Shown piece after piece: positions 1-9,529 of a DNA stretch of 56,072 bases (positions within the stretch are counted from its first letter, which is position 1; each line of letters starts with the position of its first letter). The stretch is from a virus (lineage: Duplodnaviria; Caudoviricetes), in IMG/VR virus record IMGVR_UViG_3300042346_000589, positions 1-56,072 of that record; one strand, given 5' to 3'. The position numbers and the translations under genes are program-made. The notes under the pieces are model-generated. The model did not search any database and was not told the origin of the DNA. It saw only the letters and a list, made by a program, of their open reading frames with translations.

Positions 1-170
1 TTTCTGACGAATTTTCTCTTCTTCAAGATGTTGAACCAATAACGAAACATATACATCTCTCTCAAACGGCAACATATCATCCAATTCTGTTAAACTGTAT
101 CCATGTTGTTTCCTCAAGGAAAAATTCATTGTATAATGGTTGTACAATGAATCATTTGAGAGAAGTATTA
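1..170 (-). CDS. gp51: gp51-like baseplate hub assembly protein, running off the window edge; reached by -1 frameshift from gp26 or by an internal TTG/ATG start
   Basis: Manual translation of the minus strand: IILLSNDSLYNHYTMNFSLRKQHGYSLTELDDMLPFERDVYVSLLVQHLEEEKRIRQK, resembling the gp51 YSLTE..M.P.ER..Y motif; directly downstream of gp26. Confidence 0.75.
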
Positions 171-869
171 TAAAAAATTTTTGATCCCCTTTATTTCATA
201 TTCATTATCATGGTCACATTTTTTACACTTAAATTTGGCAACAGTGGTCACTTCTGGAATAGATTTGAACCATGCATTGATTTTGGATAAGTTTTCATCT
301 GTGAATGATTCAATATATTCAACCAGTTCTTCTCGTGTATAATCTTTTGGATAAAATACGCTTTCAGAATCATATACATAATCTATGCAAGAAATTATTA
401 CATCATTGGTTGCTTCTGTTTTATTTTCTGCATTTTGAACCAAATCTGATACATTAATGGTTGGGTATTTCATTACCACACCAATTGTATCACTCAATTT
501 GATTGTATTATTTTTAGAATCTTGGACAGGTACTGTCACATCTAATAGATTTAATGAATATGGATTTTCATGTTCACATTTACCACATTTAATAATATAG
601 TCAACAATTTCGCCATTTGATTTTGCTGAAATATTTAAAAACAAAAATTCGATATCAAACATAGGTAAAGATTCGACATCAATGTCATCTTGTACACATA
701 ATGATATAATTTGTTTTGTTGCCAATACAATTTGTTCAGTAGACTGAGATTCTGATGCCAACAAAAGGATTCTATTTTCCTTTACCGTAAACGGTCTAAA
801 TTTTATTGTTTTACCATTGGATGGAATTTTTATTTCATATAATGGTAAAGAGATTTTTGGTAAACTCAT
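168..869 (-). CDS. gp26: baseplate hub assembly protein gp26
   Basis: MSLPKI..P.Y...IPS..K.IKFRPFTVKE..ILL N-terminus, FDIEFLFL.I.AKS.GE, two CxxC pairs; T4-like synteny. Confidence 0.85.
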   Translation of the reverse strand: MSLPKISLPLYEIKIPSNGKTIKFRPFTVKENRILLLASESQSTEQIVLATKQIISLCVQDDIDVESLPMFDIEFLFLNISAKSNGEIVDYIIKCGKCEHENPYSLNLLDVTVPVQDSKNNTIKLSDTIGVVMKYPTINVSDLVQNAENKTEATNDVIISCIDYVYDSESVFYPKDYTREELVEYIESFTDENLSKINAWFKSIPEVTTVAKFKCKKCDHDNEYEIKGIKNFL

Positions 870-881
870 AGTATAATCCTA

Positions 882-1604
882 TTAAAGTGCTTTATAAATT
901 TGATACAAATTGTATCCTTCACGTACAACATCTGGCAATTGGTTCAAAATACCAAAATCCATGGATGGTTCTCTATGTATATCTACATTAATTGGTTTCC
1001 AAGTTCTGTATGCAAATTGGGTAGTTAATGTACTAATTTTGTTTTTATCTGCATAATGAACACTAATTGGTTCAATATAGGTAGGAAACATGTCGTAGAA
1101 TTCTACGCCATAAATTGGTTCCATTGCTGCATCCAATTGAAACAATCTCATTGTTGTAGAATAAGAACTTCTAAAATTTAAATGAGAAGTATTCTTATCA
1201 AAGATTGAATCAACCCATGAATCAAAAAATTGTTTTACTTTGAAATCTTGATCCAAATAGACCCCAAAATATAATCTGTCAACCAATTTGATTGTTGGTT
1301 GCCAAAATGGTGTACCATATGTGTAAATATCATTTACTTGTACATTAGTTGGGGGAAATTGAGCAAAATAACAAAATAGAGAAATTGTTTTTACAGTATC
1401 TACAAAACTTTCTTTTTCATGTACATCATAATTATATTGGTTAGAAAAGAAACCAATTTTTTCCAATAGACCACTTTTGGCTAAAAGACTATTTTGCTCA
1501 AACATGCCCAAGGGGATGTCTAAATCTATTCTAAAACGATTTGATTTTGCAAGATTTCTTACTTTTACTTGCGAGATAAATTCAGACAAATCTTTTTTGG
1601 CCAT
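882..1604 (-). CDS. gp54: baseplate tail-tube initiator gp54 (tube-protein paralog)
   Basis: LAKSNRFRI, FFDSWVDSI, QLD, FP..I..I, F.YRTW motifs; position next to gp2/gp4. Confidence 0.7.
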   Translation of the reverse strand: MAKKDLSEFISQVKVRNLAKSNRFRIDLDIPLGMFEQNSLLAKSGLLEKIGFFSNQYNYDVHEKESFVDTVKTISLFCYFAQFPPTNVQVNDIYTYGTPFWQPTIKLVDRLYFGVYLDQDFKVKQFFDSWVDSIFDKNTSHLNFRSSYSTTMRLFQLDAAMEPIYGVEFYDMFPTYIEPISVHYADKNKISTLTTQFAYRTWKPINVDIHREPSMDFGILNQLPDVVREGYNLYQIYKAL

Positions 1605-2303
1605 TTATATGTTCCACCCTAACATAGCTCGTCTATAGGATGTTGCATGAACAGCCATTTCAGACATTTTCTTAAATTTGGCATTCGGCATAACACATGC
1701 AATTTTCCATTGATCCACTGGTATTGAAATTATTTGTGATTTAACATTTTCCATTACATAATTATGTATACATGGTTTGTACATAGGATTCTTGGAAACA
1801 GCTTGTAACAATTTGTATGTTAACATTAATTTTTTATTTTTATCTGAACCAGATACTCTTCCAATTTCAAGCAAATGCGCAAAAAGAAAAAATCTTTCTC
1901 GCATATTGATATAATGTAGGTTCAAACCTTGAATATATTTGTGCCCAGATTTGGAAGTTCCTTCCCCTATGGGCAACATCAATGGATACATATCATATGC
2001 TTCCATTTCTCGTTGAGATTCTTCATATGGTAAATATGCATATTGGTACAAACCACCTAATTCAAATGATGAAACCCTTAAATCCATATTGGATTCCAAG
2101 GCTTTTTGTGTAGTTAATTTGGATAATTTTTTTACATTTGATAGAAAAAATTCATATGCATATACCGAAACCTCATTCCTAATTTTGAACCGTAATGGAT
2201 ATGGTCTGACTCCATCCAATATTTGTTGAATTTCGTCAAATATATTTTTTAGTTTGGCATTTTTTCCAGCAAATGTGCCATCACTGTTTCTAGGTTGTGC
2301 CAT
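1605..2303 (-). CDS. gp2: DNA end-protector protein gp2
   Basis: YD.YPL..P, GLNLHYI...R..L, KPCIHNY, W.IA..MP..KF motifs. Confidence 0.85.
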   Translation of the reverse strand: MAQPRNSDGTFAGKNAKLKNIFDEIQQILDGVRPYPLRFKIRNEVSVYAYEFFLSNVKKLSKLTTQKALESNMDLRVSSFELGGLYQYAYLPYEESQREMEAYDMYPLMLPIGEGTSKSGHKYIQGLNLHYINMRERFFLFAHLLEIGRVSGSDKNKKLMLTYKLLQAVSKNPMYKPCIHNYVMENVKSQIISIPVDQWKIACVMPNAKFKKMSEMAVHATSYRRAMLGWNI

Positions 2304-2316
2304 TATTGTTCACCAA

Positions 2317-2757
2317 TCATGTTATAATCTTTATGCCCATATTTTTTAAAGTTACTTCTGTCCATATTTCAAAACTGTAACCACGTTGGTCGCATATTTT
2401 TTGAGCAGCTTTCCATTTTGATGTATTTGTAATATATGTTTGACATTCTGTTATATATTTTACAGTTTTCCTTTTTGGCTCAGGTGGTGGAATAGTTTGT
2501 TTTTTTGGTTTTATTTCCACCAATTTTACTGAACCATTTGTATATAAAATATATAGGTCAACATAATATCGATGGGGTTTCCCATCCAAATCATTGATAT
2601 ATTTAATTTCTACTTCAGATGACCAATTTTTAACATCAGGATTATTTTCCAAATATTTAAAAGCGGATAATTCCCATAATGATCTAAACCAAATTTTGGA
2701 GCCATCTCCAATATATTTTTCTGGTTTTGTTAACTTATATTTACCCTTATACGCCAT
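2317..2757 (-). CDS. gp4: head completion nuclease gp4 (TnsA-like PD-(D/E)XK)
   Basis: MAYKGKY...PEKYIGD, RSLWE, WSSE, HRYYVD, LVEIKPKKQT, N..KWKAA. Confidence 0.92.
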   Translation of the reverse strand: MAYKGKYKLTKPEKYIGDGSKIWFRSLWELSAFKYLENNPDVKNWSSEVEIKYINDLDGKPHRYYVDLYILYTNGSVKLVEIKPKKQTIPPPEPKRKTVKYITECQTYITNTSKWKAAQKICDQRGYSFEIWTEVTLKNMGIKIIT

Positions 2758-2792
2758 AAATAGTATAATTCCTAATTAATCAATTATTTATA
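2755..2792. promoter_or_regulatory. divergent T4-type late promoters
   Basis: cATAAATA at 2755-2762 (+, toward gp48) and TATAAATA at 2785-2792 (-, toward gp4). Confidence 0.6.
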
Positions 2793-2796
2793 CCAA

Positions 2797-3954
2797 ATGG
2801 CAGAGACATTCACTCCCAAATATGATTTCACCCCCAAGGATTTCTTTCCTTCTGCGGATGATACTTTTGCTATATCGGATAATTTATTCGAACATACAAA
2901 TAGTGATTATTATGTTTCATCAGATTTAATATATCCATCTGATCTACAAAATAATGTAAACCAGATGAATTATATGATTTTTCATATTAATGTGAATCAG
3001 GATTCCAAATTGATTCCACCATCTGAAACAATGGATATTCCAATTAGAAAATCTAGTCAAAGATTTATGGATAATTCTCCAGATGCTGTTGGTAGAACTG
3101 TTGAAGGAATACAAGGATTGGCGAAATCTGGTGTGGAAACTGTTACAAATTGGTTTTCCTCAAAAGATGAAACAGGTAGCACAAATAATGTAAAAGATGA
3201 GATGTACAAACAAATTGATAAAGCTGCAGGCTTTGCCAAAGAAGCAGTTATGAAAACAATGAAACCTCTTAAACGGTTGAAAACATCTATTATGTTATAT
3301 ATGCCAACAAATATTGGAACAGAATATGGAATGGTATATTCTGGCCAAGAACTTGGCCTAATTGGTTCCCTTGCAGATGCTGCAGCAAAGAATAAAGATT
3401 TGGTTGAAGCTGCTCTGGATACATCTGGAAGAGTTTTGTCCAGAATTGGCGGCAATATGATTTCGCATGGAGTGCAAAATGTTGCCGGATCACTTGGTCT
3501 AAATACAAGTATTTCAGGAGATTTTGCTTCAGCAATCAATGCTGCAACTCGCTCCACTTTTAACCCTAGAAAGGAACAATTGTTCCAAGAAGTTGGGTTC
3601 AGACAATTCAAATATTTCTTCCATTTTGCCCCAAGAACTGCAGAAGAATGCGATAAGGTTGCACAAATAATTTATATGTTTAAATTTCACATGCATCCAG
3701 AAATTGATGACAGTTATTTTTTCTATATGTATCCATCAGAATTTGATATTGAATATCACATTTTTGATAAGGGAGAGAACCCATATATAAACAAAATTTC
3801 ATCATGTGCTTTGCGAGGAATGTCTGTAGAATATGGTCCAGGTGGAAATTGGGCTACATTGGTTAATGGTTGCCCAACTGAAATAAAAATGTCCCTAGAC
3901 TTCATCGAATTGCAACCATTAAACAGAAAATTGATAAAAGAAGGTGGATATTAA
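2797..3954 (+). CDS. gp48: baseplate tail-tube cap gp48
   Basis: YPSDL, IMLYMP, NPRKEQLFQ.VGFRQF...F.FAPR, YPSEFDIEY, L.F.EL motifs. Confidence 0.85.
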   Translation: MAETFTPKYDFTPKDFFPSADDTFAISDNLFEHTNSDYYVSSDLIYPSDLQNNVNQMNYMIFHINVNQDSKLIPPSETMDIPIRKSSQRFMDNSPDAVGRTVEGIQGLAKSGVETVTNWFSSKDETGSTNNVKDEMYKQIDKAAGFAKEAVMKTMKPLKRLKTSIMLYMPTNIGTEYGMVYSGQELGLIGSLADAAAKNKDLVEAALDTSGRVLSRIGGNMISHGVQNVAGSLGLNTSISGDFASAINAATRSTFNPRKEQLFQEVGFRQFKYFFHFAPRTAEECDKVAQIIYMFKFHMHPEIDDSYFFYMYPSEFDIEYHIFDKGENPYINKISSCALRGMSVEYGPGGNWATLVNGCPTEIKMSLDFIELQPLNRKLIKEGGY

Positions 3955-4523
3955 TGTATTTTAAATCTTTTCCAAAAATGTTTTATGATTTTTCTACAAA
4001 TAATACAGAAGATATAAAATATGTCACAAATATTTTTAGACGAGTTGCCATTACTGCTGAAATGGTACAGGCAACATCTGCCTATCAAAAATATATAATG
4101 AAAGATGGAGAAACTGCTGAAATTATATCTCACAAATTATATGGAACACCTTTGTACCATTGGACAATATTTTTAGCAAATGATGTAATCAACCCTTATC
4201 AAGATTTTGCGATGACGCAACTAGCATTTGATCAATATGTAGAAAAGAAATATGGTGCAATTGGTCAATATAATTCACACCATTATGAAGACAATGATGG
4301 AAACATTTTGACCCCAATGTCTATTGCCGGTATCGGCACAAATTGTTTGTATGATCCAATTGCACAAAATTGGACTGCAGTAAATTTGACAGATTACACA
4401 AATGTTACCAACTATGATTACGAATTCAAAATAAATGAAACAAAGAGAACCATTAATGTAATAAGACCACAATTTATTGCAGGAGTTGTTAGAACATTTG
4501 AAGATTTGATGAAACAACCATGA
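3954..4523 (+). CDS. gp53: baseplate wedge protein gp53
   Basis: YFKSFP, LysM-like DGETAEIISHKLYG...YHWTIFLAND, HHYE, NE.KR.I. Confidence 0.88.
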   Translation: MYFKSFPKMFYDFSTNNTEDIKYVTNIFRRVAITAEMVQATSAYQKYIMKDGETAEIISHKLYGTPLYHWTIFLANDVINPYQDFAMTQLAFDQYVEKKYGAIGQYNSHHYEDNDGNILTPMSIAGIGTNCLYDPIAQNWTAVNLTDYTNVTNYDYEFKINETKRTINVIRPQFIAGVVRTFEDLMKQP

Positions 4524-5791
4524 AAACTACATTAAATTTTGCTGGAGAATTAGATTTAGAAAAGATTGAAATTGTTTCCATGACTAGTGGCAATACTATT
4601 GATATATCTATGGTATTCATGGAAATAAATTTGTTTGAATCATTGGATTCCAGTACTTTGGGTGGATATGTTACAATAAATGATAGTTTAGATATTGTAC
4701 ACAATTTGCCAATGGTTGGTGAAGAAATGCTTATATTAAAATATAGGACACCAACTTTCCCAGATATAGATGAGGTTTCTCATACATTTGTTGTATACAA
4801 AATGTCTGATAGACAATATAATTCAAATGGTGCTCAAATATATACAATATATTTTATGAGTGTTGAATCATATGTTGATATTAATACAAAATTATCCAGA
4901 TCATACAATGGTCAATTATCATATATTGCAAATATATTATTTTCTACAAAGGATGGATTAAATTCTGACAAAGATATGTTTCTGGAAGAAACAGATAATG
5001 CATTCAGATTTGTTATTCCAATGTGGAGTCCAATTAAAACTTTGAATTATCTTGCTGCAAGAAGTGTATCAAAAGAATATAAAACAGCAAATTATCTATT
5101 TTATGAAGATACAAAGAAATTTAATTTCAGAAGTGTTTCATCATTAATTGATCAAGACCCTTTTGCATATTATCAATACAATAGCGCAAATATTAGAAAT
5201 ATTAGGGAAATGGGAAATGATATTAATGCATTCAGTATTATTACACAGTTTACAATTCCATTAGATTTTGATATAACAACTAGACAAATATCTGGTTTCT
5301 ATGCATCAAAACTTTTAAACTATGATATATTGAGCAAACGTGTAAATGTAAAGGAAATAGATTATTTTAATACATTTGATAACAGACCGCATTTGGACAA
5401 AAAGATGGGTAATCCTATTTCGTCCCAAGGGACAATGCGTGACCCCAATGTTTTTGTAAATTTTTATCCAACTAATACATATATGTTTGATGATTATGAA
5501 ACAGATAATCCATTATCTTGGGTCATACAAAGAAAAATGATGTTACAAGAATTGGAATTACATAAGATTCAAATTACTGTTCCAGGTAGGTCAGATATGA
5601 CAGTTGGAAAAGTGATTTATGTAGATTATAACACAGTACAAACACATCATGACCAACTGGATGCCAAAGAGAATCTATATACTGGAAACTATTTGGTTAC
5701 AGGTATAAACCATAGAATGTCCAGAAATGAACACCAAATGGTTATAAGTTGTGTAAAAGAAGATATTTTAAGAAATTTAGAGGCAAAATAA
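4520..5791 (+). CDS. baseplate hub protein (gp27-like)
   Basis: Lies between gp53 and gp5; NLFESL..., LPMVGEE, YLFYED, VPGRSD..VG, GNYLVT.I.H phage hub pattern. Confidence 0.7.
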   Translation: MKTTLNFAGELDLEKIEIVSMTSGNTIDISMVFMEINLFESLDSSTLGGYVTINDSLDIVHNLPMVGEEMLILKYRTPTFPDIDEVSHTFVVYKMSDRQYNSNGAQIYTIYFMSVESYVDINTKLSRSYNGQLSYIANILFSTKDGLNSDKDMFLEETDNAFRFVIPMWSPIKTLNYLAARSVSKEYKTANYLFYEDTKKFNFRSVSSLIDQDPFAYYQYNSANIRNIREMGNDINAFSIITQFTIPLDFDITTRQISGFYASKLLNYDILSKRVNVKEIDYFNTFDNRPHLDKKMGNPISSQGTMRDPNVFVNFYPTNTYMFDDYETDNPLSWVIQRKMMLQELELHKIQITVPGRSDMTVGKVIYVDYNTVQTHHDQLDAKENLYTGNYLVTGINHRMSRNEHQMVISCVKEDILRNLEAK

Positions 5792-8481
5792 TGGAACAAA
5801 TGAGATTATATTATGGAGTAATTGAGGATTCATCTACTGATCCATTAAGATTGGGGAGATGTAAAGTTCGTGTAATTGGTATTCATACCGACGACAAAAC
5901 AATTTTGCCCACAGCAGATTTGCCATGGGCTACTCCAATACAAGGCATAACATCTGCAGCATTATCTGGAATTGGTGAATCTCCAACAGGATTGTTACAA
6001 GGTTCAACAGTTGTTGTAACATTTGCCGATGGGCCAAGTGCACAAATTCCACTAATCCTGGGCACAATTGCCGGAATTCCGCAAGGCTCTGCCCAAGATT
6101 TTGTTACAGGTGATGTACCAGAACAACCAATTTATTCCACTGGTGATATAACGCCACCAGTGACCCAAGATGGCACAGAATTGAAAAATGCTGACCAAGG
6201 TGGGGGGTTTGTTGCCCCAGCCCCTGAGCCATTGGCTACGGGCGAAATTGGACCATTATCCAATGATGATTACATAAAGTATCGAGAAAAAATTGCAGAA
6301 AAGGAATCAAAAGGTTCTGGTGGATATTCTGCCATCAATACATTAAACTTTTTGGGCAAATACCAATTTGGCGCAGGAAAATTGGTTGACTATGGTTACA
6401 TGAAGAAAGGTTCTACACAAAAAGATGTGAAGAATTCTTCATATTGGTTGGGCAAAGATGGTATAAGTTCTTATACAGATTTTCTTAAAAATCATGCTGT
6501 ACAAGAAGCTTGTATGAAAAAGATGACCAAAAACAATTTCGCCATGTTGCGCAGGGCGGGAGTTTTGCGAAATGATAGTGATTCAAAACATTGTGCAGGT
6601 TTGTTGGCAGTTGCACATTTGAAAGGTGGTGGTGATGCCATCAAATTTGGACGGGGTGAACCCGTCAAGCCGGATGCATATGGTACATCTGCTACAAAAT
6701 ATTACAAAGTTGGATTTGCATCATTGGATGGAGAAGTGCCCACAATTATGCCAACAGATGATTCATCTTTACCAATTGATGAAATTAAGCAGACAACTGC
6801 AACGGGATTTTCTGATCCAAATGGAGTGTGGCCCAGAAAAAAGTACCTACGGGAACCTGATACCAATCGATTAGTTCGCGCACAAGGCATCAGTAGTACC
6901 GTTGTAGGCAAAAAAGAATCTGCCAGAGATTTGAACATAAGATTGGCCAATTCTGGCACAACATGGAGCCAACCCCATGTTCCTTATGCAACAGTATATC
7001 CATATAACAAAGTTATGTCAACTGAAAATGGACATATACAAGAATTTGATGATACTCCTGGTGCGATTAGATACCATTTATACCATCCTGCAGGAACTTT
7101 TACAGAAATTGATAATAATGGAACCAAAGTTAATAGAATAGTTGGAGACAATTATGAAATTATCGATAGAAATGGATATGTTCATATAAAAGGTGATTGC
7201 AACATTACTGTTGAAGGTAATGCAAATATCTTGGTACAAGAAAAATGTGAACTAGAAGTATATGGAGATTGTGATGCAGTATTTAAAAACAATCTGAACA
7301 CAACTGTTCATGGAACCATGAATACATTTGTTCAAGAAGATATCAATATAAAATGTAAAAGTTTTAATGTTTCCACATTTGATGGAGATATTAACATGAC
7401 TTCTGCAAAATCTTTAAAAACTATTGCAGTAAATGATACATTAATGGAAACTGGTGACAATTTTGGTGCCAAGGCAGGGAAACAATTTGGCACCGAGTCT
7501 GGGGAAGATACTTCCATGACCATTGGTGCAGGATTTTCCATGCAATCCTCTACAAATATATCATTCAAAACTTCTGCAGATATTGTTGGAGATGGAACAG
7601 GAACATATTTCCAGGCTGGAATGAGTATACCTTCTACACCTGTAAAAGATACTATTGCAAATTCTGCTGTTTCAAATTCTGGTGGATCAAGTTTATCTGA
7701 TCCAATTGAACATGGTTTAATTAGACAAGAAATAATTGATGCAAATATTTCAAAAATTGTATATCCACCAAGTTATATTGACAGTATGGGTGCAATATAT
7801 GAATCACCAGATGATGGTGAAATGAGTGATGATTATAAAAACAATCTTAAAGATATTTACCTAAGTATTGGTGATATTGATATGGCAGAAATGGTCGGCA
7901 TTGCCGAAGGTGTTGCTTCACAAACTTTTGAAGGGAGAAATTCGTTGACAGGTAAAAGAGTAGATTGTTCAATATTTTTGAACGAAGAAGAAATTCCAAT
8001 GGGCACACAGTTGAGCGATAATTATTCATTGGCTCAATTATGTGCCAGTCAAATGGCACCAAAGAAATTGGTTAAACAACATGGAGTAAGCGTTGGGGAA
8101 TTGGTGTGTAATTTGAAACATTTGGCCATAAATGTACTGGAACCAGTAAAGGATTTGTATCCAGATGTTGTTATTACAAGTTGTCTGCGCCGTGCCGGTG
8201 CAGGCCAAGAAATGGATAAAAACAAGAAATCAGTATCTGCCCATGAACTGGGCCAAGCAGTAGATTTACAATTTGGACCACAATATTCTGTAAAAGATTA
8301 TTTCAATATTGCAAAAGATTTGGCTGGAAAAATTGATTATGATTCTATTATATTGGAATATAATAATAATTTGCGTACATGCTGGGTTCATATTTCTTGG
8401 AAAACATCTGGAAACAGAAAATATTTGGGGACATATAGTAACCAGAAAAAGTATGCAAATGGATTAAAAAAATTGGTGTGA
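5791..8481 (+). CDS. gp5: baseplate spike gp5: OB fold, lysozyme-like domain, beta-helix and C-terminal peptidase M15A domain
   Basis: GVIED..DPLRLGRCKVRVIG.H...LPWA OB fold; IAEKES...N..FLGKYQFG hydrolase; YPYNKV..ENGHIQEFDDTPG; SAHELGQAVD...WVHIS. Start set at MEQMR (5791), abutting the previous stop. Confidence 0.88.
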   Translation: MEQMRLYYGVIEDSSTDPLRLGRCKVRVIGIHTDDKTILPTADLPWATPIQGITSAALSGIGESPTGLLQGSTVVVTFADGPSAQIPLILGTIAGIPQGSAQDFVTGDVPEQPIYSTGDITPPVTQDGTELKNADQGGGFVAPAPEPLATGEIGPLSNDDYIKYREKIAEKESKGSGGYSAINTLNFLGKYQFGAGKLVDYGYMKKGSTQKDVKNSSYWLGKDGISSYTDFLKNHAVQEACMKKMTKNNFAMLRRAGVLRNDSDSKHCAGLLAVAHLKGGGDAIKFGRGEPVKPDAYGTSATKYYKVGFASLDGEVPTIMPTDDSSLPIDEIKQTTATGFSDPNGVWPRKKYLREPDTNRLVRAQGISSTVVGKKESARDLNIRLANSGTTWSQPHVPYATVYPYNKVMSTENGHIQEFDDTPGAIRYHLYHPAGTFTEIDNNGTKVNRIVGDNYEIIDRNGYVHIKGDCNITVEGNANILVQEKCELEVYGDCDAVFKNNLNTTVHGTMNTFVQEDINIKCKSFNVSTFDGDINMTSAKSLKTIAVNDTLMETGDNFGAKAGKQFGTESGEDTSMTIGAGFSMQSSTNISFKTSADIVGDGTGTYFQAGMSIPSTPVKDTIANSAVSNSGGSSLSDPIEHGLIRQEIIDANISKIVYPPSYIDSMGAIYESPDDGEMSDDYKNNLKDIYLSIGDIDMAEMVGIAEGVASQTFEGRNSLTGKRVDCSIFLNEEEIPMGTQLSDNYSLAQLCASQMAPKKLVKQHGVSVGELVCNLKHLAINVLEPVKDLYPDVVITSCLRRAGAGQEMDKNKKSVSAHELGQAVDLQFGPQYSVKDYFNIAKDLAGKIDYDSIILEYNNNLRTCWVHISWKTSGNRKYLGTYSNQKKYANGLKKLV

Positions 8482-8511
8482 TAAATAATTGTTATTTAAA
8501 ATGGTATAATA

Positions 8512-9114
8512 ATGGCTGATTGTAATTGTGATTTAGAATTAAATAAGCAAATACAGGGTTTGCAGGCAAGATTATCCCAAGCTGAAAATAATATTACCAG
8601 CCATTTTTATGGTATATCAATGGCTATACAGGGATTAGCTGCAAATCCTTTGACTGCAGGTAGTGTTGCATCTGTGACAGGAATATACAATTTAGTTCCA
8701 TCTGGTTTTCAATTATTACAAAATCTGATAATGGAATTAAATCCAGTAGATTTTAAAAATTATATGATGACAATGGCGGCAAGTTTGATGGGCAACATGG
8801 CCGCAGAATTGGATACATTAGTTGATACAGCATTTAGTACATTGGATGAAACAATTGCTGCAGTAGATGCAACAATCGTGGCATTAGAAGATTCGGTAGC
8901 CAGTGCTACCACAGCTTTGAATGATGCTATTGCTGGTGGTGTTCCAGAAGATATTGCAGATGCTCAAGCATATCTGGATGATATGAATGCCAAATTGGCA
9001 AAGAGTCAACAAACTAGATCAAATTTGAATGATGTATCTGCAGGCGGAATAAGTTTTCTAACAGCACAGGCAAATATTGCCAAATGTAAATCATTATCAT
9101 TAGGATTATCATAA
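8512..9114 (+). CDS. hypothetical coiled-coil protein, probably virion-associated
   Basis: 200-aa ORF after ATAAATA (8481-8487), between gp5 and gp25. Confidence 0.6.
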   Translation: MADCNCDLELNKQIQGLQARLSQAENNITSHFYGISMAIQGLAANPLTAGSVASVTGIYNLVPSGFQLLQNLIMELNPVDFKNYMMTMAASLMGNMAAELDTLVDTAFSTLDETIAAVDATIVALEDSVASATTALNDAIAGGVPEDIADAQAYLDDMNAKLAKSQQTRSNLNDVSAGGISFLTAQANIAKCKSLSLGLS

Positions 9115-9528
9115 ATGGCAACGGTATCGGGTCAAGTAAATTTAACCAATAATTTGTTCAGTGATTTTGATTTCAATTTCACTATGTTGCCAGGGACACA
9201 AGATATTGCTAAAAAGAATAATGCTGAAGCAATTAAACAAAGTATTAGAAACATAATATTTTCAAACAATTATTGCAGACCATTTCAACCAGATTTTGGA
9301 TCACAGATTAATCAATTATTGTTTAGTTTGTGGACACCATTGAGCAAAGCTTCGTTACAACGTGTTATATCAGACGCTATAAACAATTATGAACCAAGGG
9401 TTACATTAACCTCTGTAGAAATAAATGATAGATCGACAAGTAATGCAATAGACGTTACCATTTTTTTCACAATTAATAATGTTAATACACCAATAACAAT
9501 GACCCTAACATTAAACAGAATTAGATAA
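9115..9528 (+). CDS. gp25: baseplate wedge / sheath initiator gp25
   Basis: AIKQSIRNII...RPFQPDFGSQI..LLF...INNYEPRV. Confidence 0.92.
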   Translation: MATVSGQVNLTNNLFSDFDFNFTMLPGTQDIAKKNNAEAIKQSIRNIIFSNNYCRPFQPDFGSQINQLLFSLWTPLSKASLQRVISDAINNYEPRVTLTSVEINDRSTSNAIDVTIFFTINNVNTPITMTLTLNRIR

Positions 9529-9529
9529 A

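Noticed and set aside
5749-5790. Upstream start for gp5 (MCKRRY...)
   Set aside because: Lies inside the hub gene; the ATG at 5791 has a GAGG RBS and abuts the hub stop
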